The translations under genes were made by a program, and so were the position numbers. Source: Antedon mediterranea (taxonomy: Eukaryota; Animalia; Echinodermata). From it: 64,000 nt of DNA. The DNA lies in NCBI RefSeq assembly GCF_964355755.1, contig NC_092677.1, positions 146,101-210,100 of the forward strand, given 5' to 3'. Positions within the stretch are counted from its first letter, which is position 1; each line of letters opens with the position of its first letter. Below the pieces are notes generated by a model. That model made no database searches. It was not told the origin of the DNA and was given only the letters and a program-made list of their open reading frames with translations. Positions 27,933-41,822 of the stretch are shown here, one piece after another.

Positions 27933-30900
27933 TTAAAATCGGCCTTGTCTGTCGCGCCCTCCTCTATCTCGCTCTCTTCCCCGGTCTCTACGATCTCGTT
28001 CACGGCTGCGGCTTCTACTGGTACGGCGTCTTTCTCTCTCTCGGCTTCTGCTTCTTGATTGCGACTTTTTAGGTTTCTTTCGTCTACGCCCGTACAATTC
28101 TCTGCGAAGGTCTCTTGAAATAGGTTTTAAATGCATGAAGTTGCAAAACCCACCACGAGTACATTCACTGAAATTAGACAACATTATAGAAATAATGACA
28201 ATCAAACAAGATAATTTATTACACTGCTCTTTTCATATTATTGTAAATGCTTACCCCATTTCATACTGTCTGCAACAAGCTTCCCTAAAATCTGTCACAG
28301 GAGAAAGCTCTGCTCTGATTGGTTGACCATTGAACCAACGATTATTTAGATCATTGACTGCTTTTTCAGCGTCTTCTTCATAACGAAACTAGATTTAATG
28401 AAACCAAATTATTAAGTACAGTACTGGAATAAAAATGAACACACACAATCAGCTGTGGGCTAACTTTCAAGTATTTCAAAGGATTCTTAAAGATTGCGGT
28501 ACTTTTGTGACAGGCTAAAAGCATACATTGTTTATTTCTTTCTGTTTTGCAATGGACTTACTTTAATGTAGACATTTCCTACAAGATGATCACCCAAGTT
28601 ATCACAAACATTCATCTCTTCAATTTCACCATATTTCTCTTCCAGTTCAGTGAACACTTCCTCAAAGAAATGATCAAAGTGCTCCTGCATTTCCACATCG
28701 CTGATATTCGGCACTGTAAGAATGTTCAATAGTAAGATACAGAGTACTTAAATTGCCTACTTTGTATACAATTTCAAGATATACTGTCTTAAAATTAAAT
28801 TTCTACAACGAATTGGAATTTTCACTCAAAATAGCTATTTTGATCATTTTTTTGTTGAAGTTTACAATTTGATTTAGACTGTATATCTTGATTTAATATA
28901 GAACTACTCTTACCAAAATATACTATCTATGTACAGTAAGCATGCATTCTAACATTTCCATATCTTTCATTTTATAATTTTAGTTTTATTGTAATAAAAT
29001 ATTATACTATATATTATCATAACATCAGTCAGGCGACAATTATTAACTAACAATTTTCTTATCACGACACATCTAACTCAGCTATGTTGGCCTAAATCTA
29101 TTAGACCATATTATTTACACTACTACCCTGTCTACAGCAGAATCTTGACGATACCTGATTCCTAAACCGACTATTTAAAACCTACTTTACATTGTTGTTT
29201 GCCCTAAACTAAGGTGTTCACTCACGCAAACATCCCAAGATCGTTTACATGTTTTCCAGTTGCGGGCATACGGCCAGAACAGCCTTACAATAAGAAAAAA
29301 AATACAGGGAAATCATTATTAATTGTATTATTATTATATGTTTCCTGTGGAAAGAATTTTGATTCCTGTAGGGAGACAAAATTTATTCAAAAACCTGGAA
29401 TTTTTTTTTTTATCCAAAAAAACATTTGTTTGGTATCTAGATGTTACTCCTGAAATAGCAATTGCACAACTTTCACATTTATTATTGCAAAACAAAATTT
29501 TTTAGTTTTATTTTATTATTTTAGAACAAATTAGAAATAGCAGTTTAAACTGCAAACAAATTTAATTTAAAATTCAATTTGTTTTTACAAATTTCAATTT
29601 AAAGAGGTAAATAACATGATTTTCCTGGGATTTTATAAATAATTTTTGTATTGCTATATTTTCTTTACAAATTATTGTTATCATATACTTTTTTTTTTTT
29701 AAATAGAATTGTAAAATTAATTCATTTTTTTTTAAATCAATACTAATAAAATCTTTTTATTTCATCAGTATTTTTCTGTCACACAATGTTACTTTCACAC
29801 ACAAGATTAATATGTGGCCTCATAAAATCACACTAGAAAAGGGATATCAGACTGGCTATAAAACAAGATAACCTGTAAAGTAATTACTGCTTTCTGCTCT
29901 CACAATTTCCATACTTCCTAAAATTATGTAAAAAAAATCTGGGAAAACCGATAGTTCCTGCTAATTTAAATAAACCTTAATAAAAAAATAATTGACACAA
30001 CTTGTTGTTTGTGAGCTGAAAAGATACAGTAATTGCTAGAAACCGAAAACCTGAACAAATAAAATGTCACTGACTGTAAAAAATACACATATGTGAAAAA
30101 ACCTGTAAAAAGATAGATGGCACCTTTACTGCGACAACCTAATACTGAAATATTAACTGAAATGACAAAAACTGCATTCCTTGCACCTAAAGTCCGCTTA
30201 CTGTACATACTTACCTGTTGTGGCACTTGCACTTGTTACCTAAAATAACCTAAAACCTATAATATCTATCACACAAAAATAAAAACACAGGAAACGTATG
30301 TAGAATACAAATGTATACATTATGTAACAGACTAAGTTGTAATAATATATACAATTACAGAATGTATACATTATGTAACAGACTAAGTTGTAATAATATA
30401 TACAATTACAGAAGCGTCTCAATTCTTATGATGGATTTAGAATGTTGACTTTCAGACCCAATAATGTTTAAATCATGGGTGTTAGAATGTTCATTTTAGA
30501 TGGTTGATATATTTAAAATCGATAGCTGTTCATTTTATTTTACTTGTTTGTTAATGTATTTGAGTATGATGGATACGTACAATTTGCGTCATTGGCACTC
30601 TGAGCACGATTTTGTGGATTCTGGTAAATGTTTAACAACAGAACCGTCTGGCTAAATGTTGGTTTATTATGTAAACGAGAACAGCGATCTCCATGACGAC
30701 ATGCTCCAATTTTGAAATAAAAGGAACAGTTAACTCTGAAATAAATAATATTAGTCAATCATTGAATATTTAAAAAAAATAAATTTTAAAATTAAATCAA
30801 ATAATAGTAATTACTAATACAGGGATGTCACCAGCTTTTTGGAGTGCCGGTCGGCAAACTCTTCCGAGGGGGGTTGTTACCCCCGGGGTAATACCTCGGT

Positions 30901-31601
30901 CATTATTATTTAGTTTTACTAGCTAGGCCCTATTTTTGTTAGTAGTAATACTATGAATAGGGCCTACACCAGTACAACTACAAGTAGTAATTTTTACAAT
31001 TTGACTAACTCAGACTGAGATTTATTTTATTTATTAACATAGAATTAGCATTTTTAATGTATGCCATTCAATAATAATATTAATATATAATAATTTTAAT
31101 TTTATTCACTTTGTTAGACTAAAAATTGGATTTTAAAAATTTTATTTTAAGACTTTTAACATTTTTTTTATTGTTAAAATTGTCTGTCAGTGTCAGAGTA
31201 TCAGAGACAATGGATGGGTTTTTGGTTTTAACTGTTTTATTTTTTAATGAATCGGTTTGAATTATTGTGATTGGTGGATAGCTAGGCCTAGGTATAATAA
31301 CATTAGTACAAGCAAGACCCGGGAAGTATGTCCCCCGCGGATACCGGTCCAGCATAGTTTAGGCTCGGCCTCACACATGTGCCTTCTTTTCCTGATTGAG
31401 GTTCTTGCTGGCCAGGAAATTATTCAGTAATTACAAAGGTTGACGTAATCTTATCGTAAAATGAACAAATGATACTATTTCTTCAGTAATTTAAATTAAA
31501 CATCATGCACTTTCAATAACAAGTTAAGGAAAAATTAAGGTATATTCTTATACTTACTTATCCTTTTCCGTCCCGAAAATCGACGCTAAGTATTCAGCCA
31601 T
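27933..31601 (-). CDS. U2AF1: Splicing factor U2AF 35-kDa subunit, 5 exons
   Basis: Exons 31558-31601, 30581-30735, 28562-28713, 28255-28388 and 27933-28167. Peptides [55 protein letters not shown] and [11 protein letters not shown], plus an RS tail. Confidence 0.97.
30215..30239 (-). other. Candidate poison cassette micro-exon in U2AF1 intron 2
   Basis: TTATTTTAG|GTAACAAGTGCAAGTGCCACAACAG|GTAAGTA: strong acceptor and donor around 25 nt, which would shift the frame. Confidence 0.6.
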
Positions 31602-31612
31602 GTTTGATAATA

Positions 31613-34531
31613 CATCACGTGATGAGGTATATTCAGAACGTCATGCATTTCGACGATCGAGCATTCTCTACTTCTACGGAGCGCCATTTATGCCTTTATT
31701 TACTTACGAAATAGAAATAGTACTACGGTAGCTGCTCCAGTGGACCAAATTTAGCACTAGTGGAGCGCAGTGATATAAAATAGAAATAAGTCACTAATTT
31801 TAAAATTCTTTTCGTATGTTAATACACTGTGCTCAAGTGGACACAATTTGGCGCCAGTGAGGAGCACAGTGATATAAAATAGAAATAATTGTCACTGAAT
31901 TTTAATATCTTTTTGTATGTTAATACACTGTGTGCTCAAGAATTTGACCCAATATGGAGCCAGTGGAGCACAGTGATATAAAATAGAAATAAGTCATTAA
32001 ATTCTAATATCTTTTCGTATGTTAATTAACTGTGCTCAAGTGAACCCAACCCAATTTGGAGCTAGGGGAGCACAGTGATATAAAATAGAAATAAGTCACT
32101 AAATTTTAATATCTTTTCGTATTAATACACTGTGCTCAAGTGGACCCAATTTGGCGGCAGGAGAGCACAGTGATATAAAATAGAAATAAGTCATTGAATG
32201 TTAATATATTTTCGTATGTTAATACACTGTGCTCAAGTGGACCCAATTTGGCGCCAGTGGAGCACAGTGATATAAAATGAAAAAAGTCACTGAATTTTAA
32301 TATCTTTTCGTATTTAATATACACTATGCTCAAGTGGACCCGATTTGGCGCCAGTGGAGCACAGTGATATAAAATAGAAAAAAGTCACTGAATTTTAATA
32401 TCTTTTCGTATGTTAATACACTATGCTCAAGTGGACCCGATTTGGCGCCAGTGGAGCACAGTGATATAAAATAGAAATAAGTCACTGAATTTTAATATCT
32501 TTTCGTATGTTAATACACTGTGTGTTCACGTGGACCCAATTTGGCGCGCGCGCCAGTGAGCACACAGTGATATAAAATAGAAAAAAGTCACTAAATTATA
32601 ATATTATTTTTTCGTATTTTAATACACTGTGCTCAAGTGGACCCAATATGGCACCAATGGAGGGAAATAGTCACATACAAAAACATCGAGAAAAAATACT
32701 TCTGGAATTTAAAAATATTTCAAACTTGGTATATAATAATGTTCAATATCGGTTACTCCATCCGTAAACCAAAAGAAAAAATAGTTTCAAGTTTTAATAC
32801 ACTGTGCTGCAGTGGATCCAATTTGGCGCCAGTGGAGCACAGGGAAATAGTCACATACAAAAACTTCTAGAAAAAATATTTATCGAATTCAAAAATATTT
32901 CAAACTTGGTATATAAGTTCAATATCGGTTACTCCATCCGTAATGCAAAAGAAAAATTAGTTTCAAGCCACATTAGTGATTTTAATAACTTGCGTTTGTC
33001 TAAGATAAATACTTATGAAAGAGCATACAATTCCAACACATTTTTTTAAACTTTAGTGATTAAAAAAAAGACATATGTTAAAAAATATGAATTATGTAGT
33101 AACATATTGAACGTGTAGTACCTATTTAGTACCGTATATTACCAAATTTCAAATGTGTAGGATAATTATTTTATGACGATCAAAATTTAAAGTTTAAAAA
33201 ATGTGTTGGAATTCTATGTTCTATCATAAATATACATTTTAAACGAACGAAAATTACTAACATCACTAATATGGCTTGAAACTAATTTTTCTTTTGCATT
33301 ACGGATGGAGTAACCGATATTGAACTTATATACCAAGTTTGAAATATTTTTGAATTCGATAAATATTTTTTCTAGAAGTTTTTGTATGTGACTATTTCCC
33401 TGTGCTCCACTGGCGCCAAATTGGATCCGCTGCAGCACAGTGTATTAAAACTTGAAACTATTTTTTCTTTTGGTTTACGGATGGAGTAACCGATATTGAA
33501 CATATATACCAAGTTTGAAATATTTTTAAATTCCAGAAGTATTTTTTCTCGATGTTTTTGTATGTGACTATTTCCCTCCATTGGTGCCATATTGGGTCCA
33601 CTTGAGCACAGTGTATTAAAATACGAAAAAATAATATTATAATTTAGTGACTTTTTTCTATTTTATATCACTGTGTGCTCACTGGCGCGCGCGCCAAATT
33701 GGGTCCACGTGAGCACACAGTGTATTAACATACGAAAAGATATTAAAATTCAGTGACTTATTTCTATTTTATATCACTGTGCTCCACTGGCGCCAAATTG
33801 GGTCCACTTGAGCTTAGTGTATTAACATACGAAAAGATATTAACATTCAGTGACTTTTTTCTATTTATATCACTGTGCTCCACTGGCTCCAAATTGGGTC
33901 CACACTTGAGCACAGTGTATTAACATACGAAAAGATATTAAAATTCAGTGACTTTTTTCTATTTTATATCACTGTGCTCCCTGGCTCCAAATTGGGTCCA
34001 CTTGAGCACAGTATATTAACATACGAAAAGATATTCAAATTCAGTGACTTTTTTCTATTTTATATCACTCTACCTGTGCTCTCTTGGCTCCAAATTGGGT
34101 CCACTTGAGCACAGTGTATTAACATACGAAAAGATACTAAAAATCATTGACTTATTTCTATTTTATATCACTGTGCTCTCATGGCTCCAAATTGGGTCCA
34201 CTTGAGCACAGTGTATTAACATACGAAAAGATATTAAAATTCAGTGATTTATTTCTATTTTATTTTATTGTGCTCCCCTGGCTCCAAATTGGGTCCACTT
34301 GAGCACAGTGTTATTAACATACGAAATAATATTAAAATTCAGTGACTTTAAAATTAGTGACTTATTTTTATTTTACATCACTGTGCTCCACCGGTGCTAA
34401 ATTTGGTCCACTGGAGCAGTTACCGTAGTACTATTTCTAATTAGGAAGTAAATAAAGGCATAAATGGCGCTCCGTAGAAGTAGAGAATGCTCGATCGTCG
34501 AAATGACGCTCTGAATATACATCACGTGATG
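31613..34531. mobile_element. Foldback-type element: about 1.4-kb inverted arms built from 97-bp subrepeats, about 130-bp loop
   Basis: 31613-33055 is the reverse complement of 33187-34531 (ORF-track peptides 32804+ and 33214- start almost identically). Each arm has about 9 units with the internal hairpin CACTGTGCTC..GAGCACAGTG. ATACATCACGTGATG is present at both ends. Confidence 0.88.
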
Positions 34532-35579
34532 GTGTAGCGTGACCGACGCGCAAGCCCTCTACAGCTCTCGAACGGCGTATTCATGACGTCATTTGATTGA
34601 ACTTTTTATATGCTTCATGATTTTGTATGACCGTAGGCCCCATTCGATGAAAATCCTATCGTTCAATCCAGTTCCGATTCAATGATAATAGAATAACTTA
34701 TCATTATTGTAATATTATTTTAAAAGTGATAACACAAAGTTGTGTTTAGTCTTTTGTTTTTTTTTTTTCTTAAAAAATTTGATCCAAAATGTACTAGCCT
34801 ACCGGATAAAATTGAAAGGAACATAAACCAGAAACAAATTCTGCAAGTAAATTTACTGTTTATCTTTTATGAGAAATGAGTGAAACCACTGTATTTGGCA
34901 ATGAATAACTTTACTTTATTAAAACTACAAAATGGCCTATATGAATTGATTTTATTCGTCATATACATAAGAAGGTACAAATGCTTACGTACTTACCCTC
35001 ACTAAGGTAAGTAAGCACTGCACCTTCTTGCCTGCGATTCATGTTCTAATTAACTTTAATGTAATATCACTCGTAAGCCTGTGACCCTGGGTCTTTTTCG
35101 ACCCGTATCACTCGTCCTCTGTCCTTGGCGTAATTGATTCATGTCACATTCGGGTGACATATTCGTTCGTCAGTATACCATAGAGATATTAATAATAATA
35201 ATAATCTCTATGAATATACACATATGACGGAGGCACTGTTTTTTAAAACGCAGAGCTTGTGCTGAAAGTGCCTACAGAAAAAATAACATTTCAGTACATG
35301 AACAAAAAATACAAATAATAAACTAAAATGAATCTAATCTGCTGCACTGTTTTATCTGAACATCGAGTTTACAAATAATAAACTAAAATGAATCTACTCT
35401 GCACTTTTTTATCTGAACATCGAGTTTATTTAGACTATATTTACACAAAATGTTTACTACTGATTGTTAAACAAAAATAATTTATATAATAAATCATTAT
35501 ATCTGAAGAAAGAACAATGATTAAAAATGTTACTATCAAAAAGTCGAGCGGCGTTTTTTTTTTGTAAGAAATATTTCCT

Positions 35580-36600
35580 ATCCAACAAAGAATCTATCAG
35601 TGTTGGAGCTCCTCAAGGATGTGTTATTTCCCCAATTTTGTTTTCTCTTTATTCAAGTAGTTTTAATATTTTAAGTAAAGATTGCACTGTCGTAAAATAC
35701 GCTGACGATACTGTAATTAGTGGTTGTCTTTGCGATAGTAAGCATAATGTAAATGAATTTGTTAATGAAGTTGGAAGATTTGTTAATTGGTGTGAGGATA
35801 TGAACTTAATACTTAATATTACTAAAACCAAAGAGATGATAATAGATTTTCGTAAAACCGCAGTTGAACATAATGTAATAACTATTAAAGAAACAGAGGT
35901 TGAAAGAGTAACCCAATACAAATACTTAGGTACTATAATTGACAACAAATTAAAATGGAAGTCAAACTCTCTCATGATTTCCAAGAACGCCTCTCAAAGG
36001 CTTTACTTTCTCAGAAAACTCAAGCAAATTAGAGTTGATAACACTATTTTAATTCTATTTTATCAAAGTATTATTTAAAGTATTTTATCTTTTAGCATTG
36101 GATGTTTTTATGGTAACTATACTGATAATGATAAGAAAAATATTGAGAGACCACGTAAAATTGCACAACGTATTATTAAAGCTGATCTTTTAAAAAAAGT
36201 AAACAATATTATGAAAGACCCCACTCATCCGTTACATTACTGTTATAACTTAGATAGAGCAGGCATTAGGCTACGACCTCCAAGAGCAAATCTTTGTAGA
36301 ACTAGAAAATCCTTCGTTGTAAATAGCATTCATATTTTTAATTCTAATGTAAGACGATAATGCAATTTTTAAATAGTTTTACATTTTTAACAGTTTTTTA
36401 TTTTCAACTTTTTATCTTGCATTTTATCTGTTATAATACTGCACGTTTTAAATTGTTGCAACATTTTTTATGTTGGTTTTTTATTGTTGTTTTAATCTAC
36501 CAAGCAAAGTGAATTTCCATTTTTACAATAGGGTTGGTGAAAACTGTCCATAATAGGTTACTTTTCTGTCCAAATAAAATTTCTTGAATCTTGAATCTTA
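35580..36600 (+). mobile_element. 5'-truncated, inactivated LINE reverse transcriptase (Rex1/L2-like)
   Basis: GAPQGCVISPILFSLY, KYADD, KTKEMIIDFRK, YKYLG and QRLYFLRKL motifs. In-frame stop at 36076, after which the frame continues to about 36360; AATAAA and (TCTTGAA)n tail at 36573-36600. Confidence 0.9.
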
Positions 36601-39600
36601 TTTGGCGCACCCGGCGCACCATATGACAACCAGCTAAAACGATTAACCAATAGCAAATCGGTATTTAGAGAGTAATGTGAGTCATCACGGATGGTAGCCT
36701 AGGTCTAAAATATTTATTTTATTTCAATACAGTATTTTCTATGTAATTATTATATTTTATACAAAGAAAGGACAGGTAAGTCCATAAATATAGTACAGGC
36801 CTATTTACCACTTTTGAACAACACTATTCTCGGTCTAGGCTAGGCATATTAGACACTATACTAACTTCCGCCATTTGTTGGTTGAAATGTTGTCGTGCGA
36901 AGGATATAACATAATCCATGACAAAATATGCTGACCGACTACACAGACAAAGCGACTGTGTAGTAGTGTAGGAAAATAATAATATTAATAGGCGACCTCC
37001 ACTCAGTGGTTTAGAATAGTAGACAGTACTGACTTATCATGGAGGTATACCTCCATGGTTTTACTTAGGGCATGTAGTAGGGTCCGTTGTACTCGGTCAG
37101 TCTAATTACCGAAAACAACCGAAAACAACCGAAAACAACCATAAACAACTGAAAACAACCATAAACAACCAAAAACAACCGAAAACAAACCGAAAACAAA
37201 ATAACAATATCTAAATACCGAAAACAAATTTGATGCAGCTACTATATTGACCTCGCACGCCAAACAAATTTCTACAGTATATTTTTTTAATGTCGCCCTC
37301 TATTGATAGGTGTTTCTAAAGCCAACAAGACCGCGCGCGCAAAGCCAAGGAGATAGAGAGACCATACGAAATGGAAGTGTGCACAAAATTTAACTCGATA
37401 TCGTACAAACTCAATGATAACACCGTACCATTTACTTACAGAATCTACAATATGTTAGATATTTAATATATATGTTACATGAATCTTACAGAGACAAGGA
37501 ATTGTCTGTAGTCGTAAGACCCTTTGAAAAATAAAACATTATCATAAAGAAAAAAACATGAAATAAGGTTTTAAAGATACAAGTTGGAAAGTTAAAGTAT
37601 TGCTACATATAATATAAAAGAAACTACATAATAGTAGCCTAACACTCACACGCACCACGCATAATATATAAGCATTTTAATATATAAGCATTTTTAAGTA
37701 CTGTAATTCGATATAATCACTTATAAAATATTTTTTAGTATTTTATAACAATTTTAACAACTAGGGATGGTTCTCGAATACATAGTATAATTTCAGCGAT
37801 TTCAAATGTACGTACCGCATGACAATAATACACCACTTCTACGACGTTTATTTGTGTATATTGTGTTTATATGTAAAACAGTTTGTGAAAAACACCTCTA
37901 TTCGGTGCAAATCGTAAATTCGCTTTAACACTAGGAATTATGTTACAGATTTTCAGTTGTGTTCTCATGTATTATTTAAAACATGAAAAATGTTATTTAT
38001 TTACTACACTATGTTATTTAAATTTAGTTTGTTGTAGTTAAACAAACATGGCTAGATGTTGATAATACATCTGATATCTTGAATCGAGTTTGTACCTCGA
38101 AAACAAAATGAAATTTAGTACTTAAAAGATGTTACAGACTTGAGTTGTGTTCTCATGTTCTCTCAATATGATTAGGCCTAAGGTTAATAAAGATTTACAA
38201 GTTAATGTAAAATGTTTGTGTTTTCACTTCCTGTCATCATTTTTGTCAGACTATTTTATATATATATATATATTTCAACGGAGAAAAACATTCATTAACT
38301 CATTAATCAGGGGAAACAACATTACGTTTAATTGTTAAACAACTTAATCAAAATTAAGCTGTCGCTGCAAAAGGGCACTTAAAATGAATCCTCTCTAAAA
38401 CGCACACTGCTGGAATTAAGAATTTAACTTATTTAATAAATGTTTTATTAACTTTATATATTTTTTTATTTTATTTTAACCTTGATTTTAATTTGTATTA
38501 CAATACTTGTAAAGTCTAGTGGTGAATTGGGCATTACACCAGAAGGCTAGCTATACTCTTTCTTTTCAAAGTGATTTTTTAATGAAACAAGTACTTTGAA
38601 CAAATTCATGCGTGAGCACATAGGCATCATTTTCTCTCTATTTGCATTCAAATAAATTACAGTTATTCGTTTAGTGAACAAATAAATTCAAGAATCAACA
38701 TTAAAATAACGTCAAATGATATGAGGTTCCATTTTTCATGAATTTTACGCGCGAGAGTACCCATTTCCGGCCATCTAGCTAGGGGTGTCATGGGAGTAAA
38801 TTAGCTTCGCCACAGGCCCCACCATGGTTCCAATACTTCTTATCATTTTATCAGAACTAAACCCACCCACCCACAATGATTATCTCAGGCATTACAAATC
38901 TCTTAGTAGGCCTACTAGCTGTTATATGGCCACCGAATAACAAAGTTTAATAAATAATAGACTATTGAATGAATTTTCAGTGGATTATTTGTGGGGTGGA
39001 GGTATAGGCCTACTATAAAACAAAAAAACACCTCTGACGTATTTAGCTTTGCTTTTTGCTTCTCAGTTTGAAATGAACATGTCATAGGGGAAAACTTTAC
39101 CTTTGCCCCCCCCCCCCCCCCTCCCACCTCCCTATTTCAAAATCCTGGATCCGCCCCTGATATTGGTGCCGAATACTCGTCAGATCCTGACAACCAAACC
39201 AAGGCTCACGTGTAGTAACGCAGTGCTATCTACTTCAATATATCATTAATATAGAGGGCGACGTAAAAAAAATTTGTTTTCGGTAATTAGATTTTTTCGC
39301 GCCGCGGCTCTAGCCAGCTATGTCCCAGGAGGACACATTCATTAATAAGCTGTTTCATAGCGGTAGCTTTAGTATCTAAGGCTGACAGTTTTGTGAATTT
39401 GGAAACTCGACTATAATTTATAGGTAGCTGCTGGACCCAAAAAACGTCTGGGAGAAGAGAGTCTATATGAAAGCCTTTGCTGATAATACAGTATTATTGA
39501 GATGTAGACGGAAATCTGTAAAATCTTGTTCAATAAATAATAACTTCGTTTTTGCTGTCAACCAGGCCGGTATTATAATAGGTCACTGTCAAATAATCAT

Positions 39601-40190
39601 TCGATAATGGTCAAAACTTTATGTTGGCTCTGTCAACATAAAGGGAGATATTTACAATGACTTTCTTTTGACTGTCAATCTAGGCCAATGTTATAATAAT
39701 ACGCCGTCAGATATTAAATCATTGAAACAGTCCTGGTAAATTTTTTTTTTGGTTATCAGATGCCGTGGGTGGGGGGGGGGGGGGGGTCCAATCAATTATC
39801 GTCAGAAGGTGAACAATCAGTCTAGGTAGCAGCAGCAGATTATTAGGAACGCCTGCTTCATTAATTAATCCAAAAAGGTTTGTACATTATCTATTTGTTT
39901 ATTAGCCTTCTCCTAACACAATTATATTTTCTTTAAAAAAAGGTTTATAAGTGGTTTCAACATTTATGATAGTAATGTCACAGTTCTGTGTCTGGACGCA
40001 AGTTCATTGACCTACTAGTTATATTATTCATATTAACTGATATTTACTCTTCATTTACCGTAAAGTTCAGTTTTAATGAAATATATAATATAAATTGGCT
40101 TCGTACCAATTAATTAGTGTTGAAAAGGTTAGTTTTTTGGTGATAGGTGAAAATGACATGTAACTTCGTAATCAATTTATTTTTTTTGTA

Positions 40191-40555
40191 TAAAGGCCCA
40201 ATTACACTATGACGATAACGACGGACGATAAATATATAGCATGCATTTTTTTACATAAACCAAAAGAAATTAGAAAGGTTTTCGTTCTAGACCTATAGGA
40301 TAATCATTTATGCTGTCTTTGATAAAAATAATGTTTTTCAAATTCCAATCAAATGACGTCATGATAAATAAAAACAATAAAATCGCTGTATTGTCACGAT
40401 ATTATTGGTCTTACTAATCATGACGTCATTTGATTGGACGTGTGAAAATATAATTTTCATCAAAGGAATTGTTTATATTTCTTTTGGTTTATGTATTAAA
40501 AATGCACATTTGTCTATTTATCGTCAATCGTTATCGTCCTAGTGTATGGGCTTTA
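40191..40555. mobile_element. Harbinger-like MITE nested in the MULE-like element
   Basis: TAAAGGCCCA.TTACACTATGACGATAACG ... CGTTATCGTCCTAGTGTATGGGCTTTA; long imperfect internal inverted symmetry with two TGACGTCA motifs. Confidence 0.75.
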
Positions 40556-41822
40556 TGCTGTAAATGTTCAATTAATTGATCATTCCGATTTTATTAGTTG
40601 GACTCTTGCACAGTTGCTGTCTAATCGTTGTTGTGTAATATCATTTCGAACCATATTAAAATCATAAAGAGATTCATATTCCTTAACATGTGGCTGTGCA
40701 TGGAAGTCCGGTCTACAAAAACTCGGGCCCGGGATCATTGTTATTGGGCCTGAAAGTGTTGGTGAATTCATAATTATACTTATTATATTTATCTCAAATC
40801 ATTAGGACTAGAAATTTGGCTTATCAATCAAATAAATACTTTCGTTCAAAATGAAACTCCAACCTCTCTAATAATCAAAAGATTGAACTCGAAAACGGAC
40901 CGTTTTTTTGAATTGGGTATGTTGAAACATTTCAATATTCATTTAAAAAAGTACATTAATTATGGTATTGATCAGTGGCTATAGGCGTAAAAACCCTCGG
41001 TCAATATCATGTAAAATGCACTGTGGAAGGGTCATATTAAGACTGCAAAATTGGGCTTATCAACAAATAAATACTTTCGTTCAAAATGTAGCCTAAAATC
41101 AAGGCTGAAAAATTGGGCTTATCAACAACAAAATATTTTATTATTAGACGCGATAACATCAAGGATAATCAGTATAATTATTAATATAGCCACTGTTACT
41201 AGTTTTATTCTACATGCTAAAGTAAATAAAAATCCACTAGAAAACAAACAAGTCTGAATGTTATGCTTATTAGCCATGTTATGTTTGTTACTGTAGGCCT
41301 ATGATTGTTTGCAATGTCCACATATTATTTCCGTGGGCATATCCATAGTGTATCACTCACAAAAAAGACGTGTGAGGTCCTTTCTTTAGATTTTGAAGAA
41401 TGATTTGTGTTACAGGTTGACACATGAGTCAAATGCTCAAGATATCGGCTAACGCCATGGGACCCTTGGCTTATCAATGAATAATAAATACAGTACTAGG
41501 CCTACTTTCGTTCAATTGAAATCGGAATCTGACTGTTTCATTAAATTGGGTGTGATTAGGCCTAAACATATAATAATTTATTAAAAAGGTACAATAAAAA
41601 CAAATGCATCAGAGGCGTAAAGAACCCACGGTCAATATCATGTAAAATGTATATGGTATAAGCACTTTGGAAGGGGTCATTGTTATTAAACTGGAAAATT
41701 CGGCTTATCAACAAATAAATAATTTCGTTTAAAATGTAAAATTAAGACTGGAAAATTGGGCTTATAAACAAATAAATACTTTTTTTCAAAATGTAAGAAA
41801 ACATTTTTTAAATATAATCCTT

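Noticed and set aside
32136-34108. Mirror-image ORF pairs in the foldback arms
   Set aside because: A by-product of inverted symmetry; short, with no domain similarity.
34578-34600. CRE plus CCAAT-like motif as firm evidence of the U2AF1 promoter
   Set aside because: The same 20-mer TCATGACGTCATTTGATTG occurs inside the MITE at about 40418, so it may be repeat-derived.
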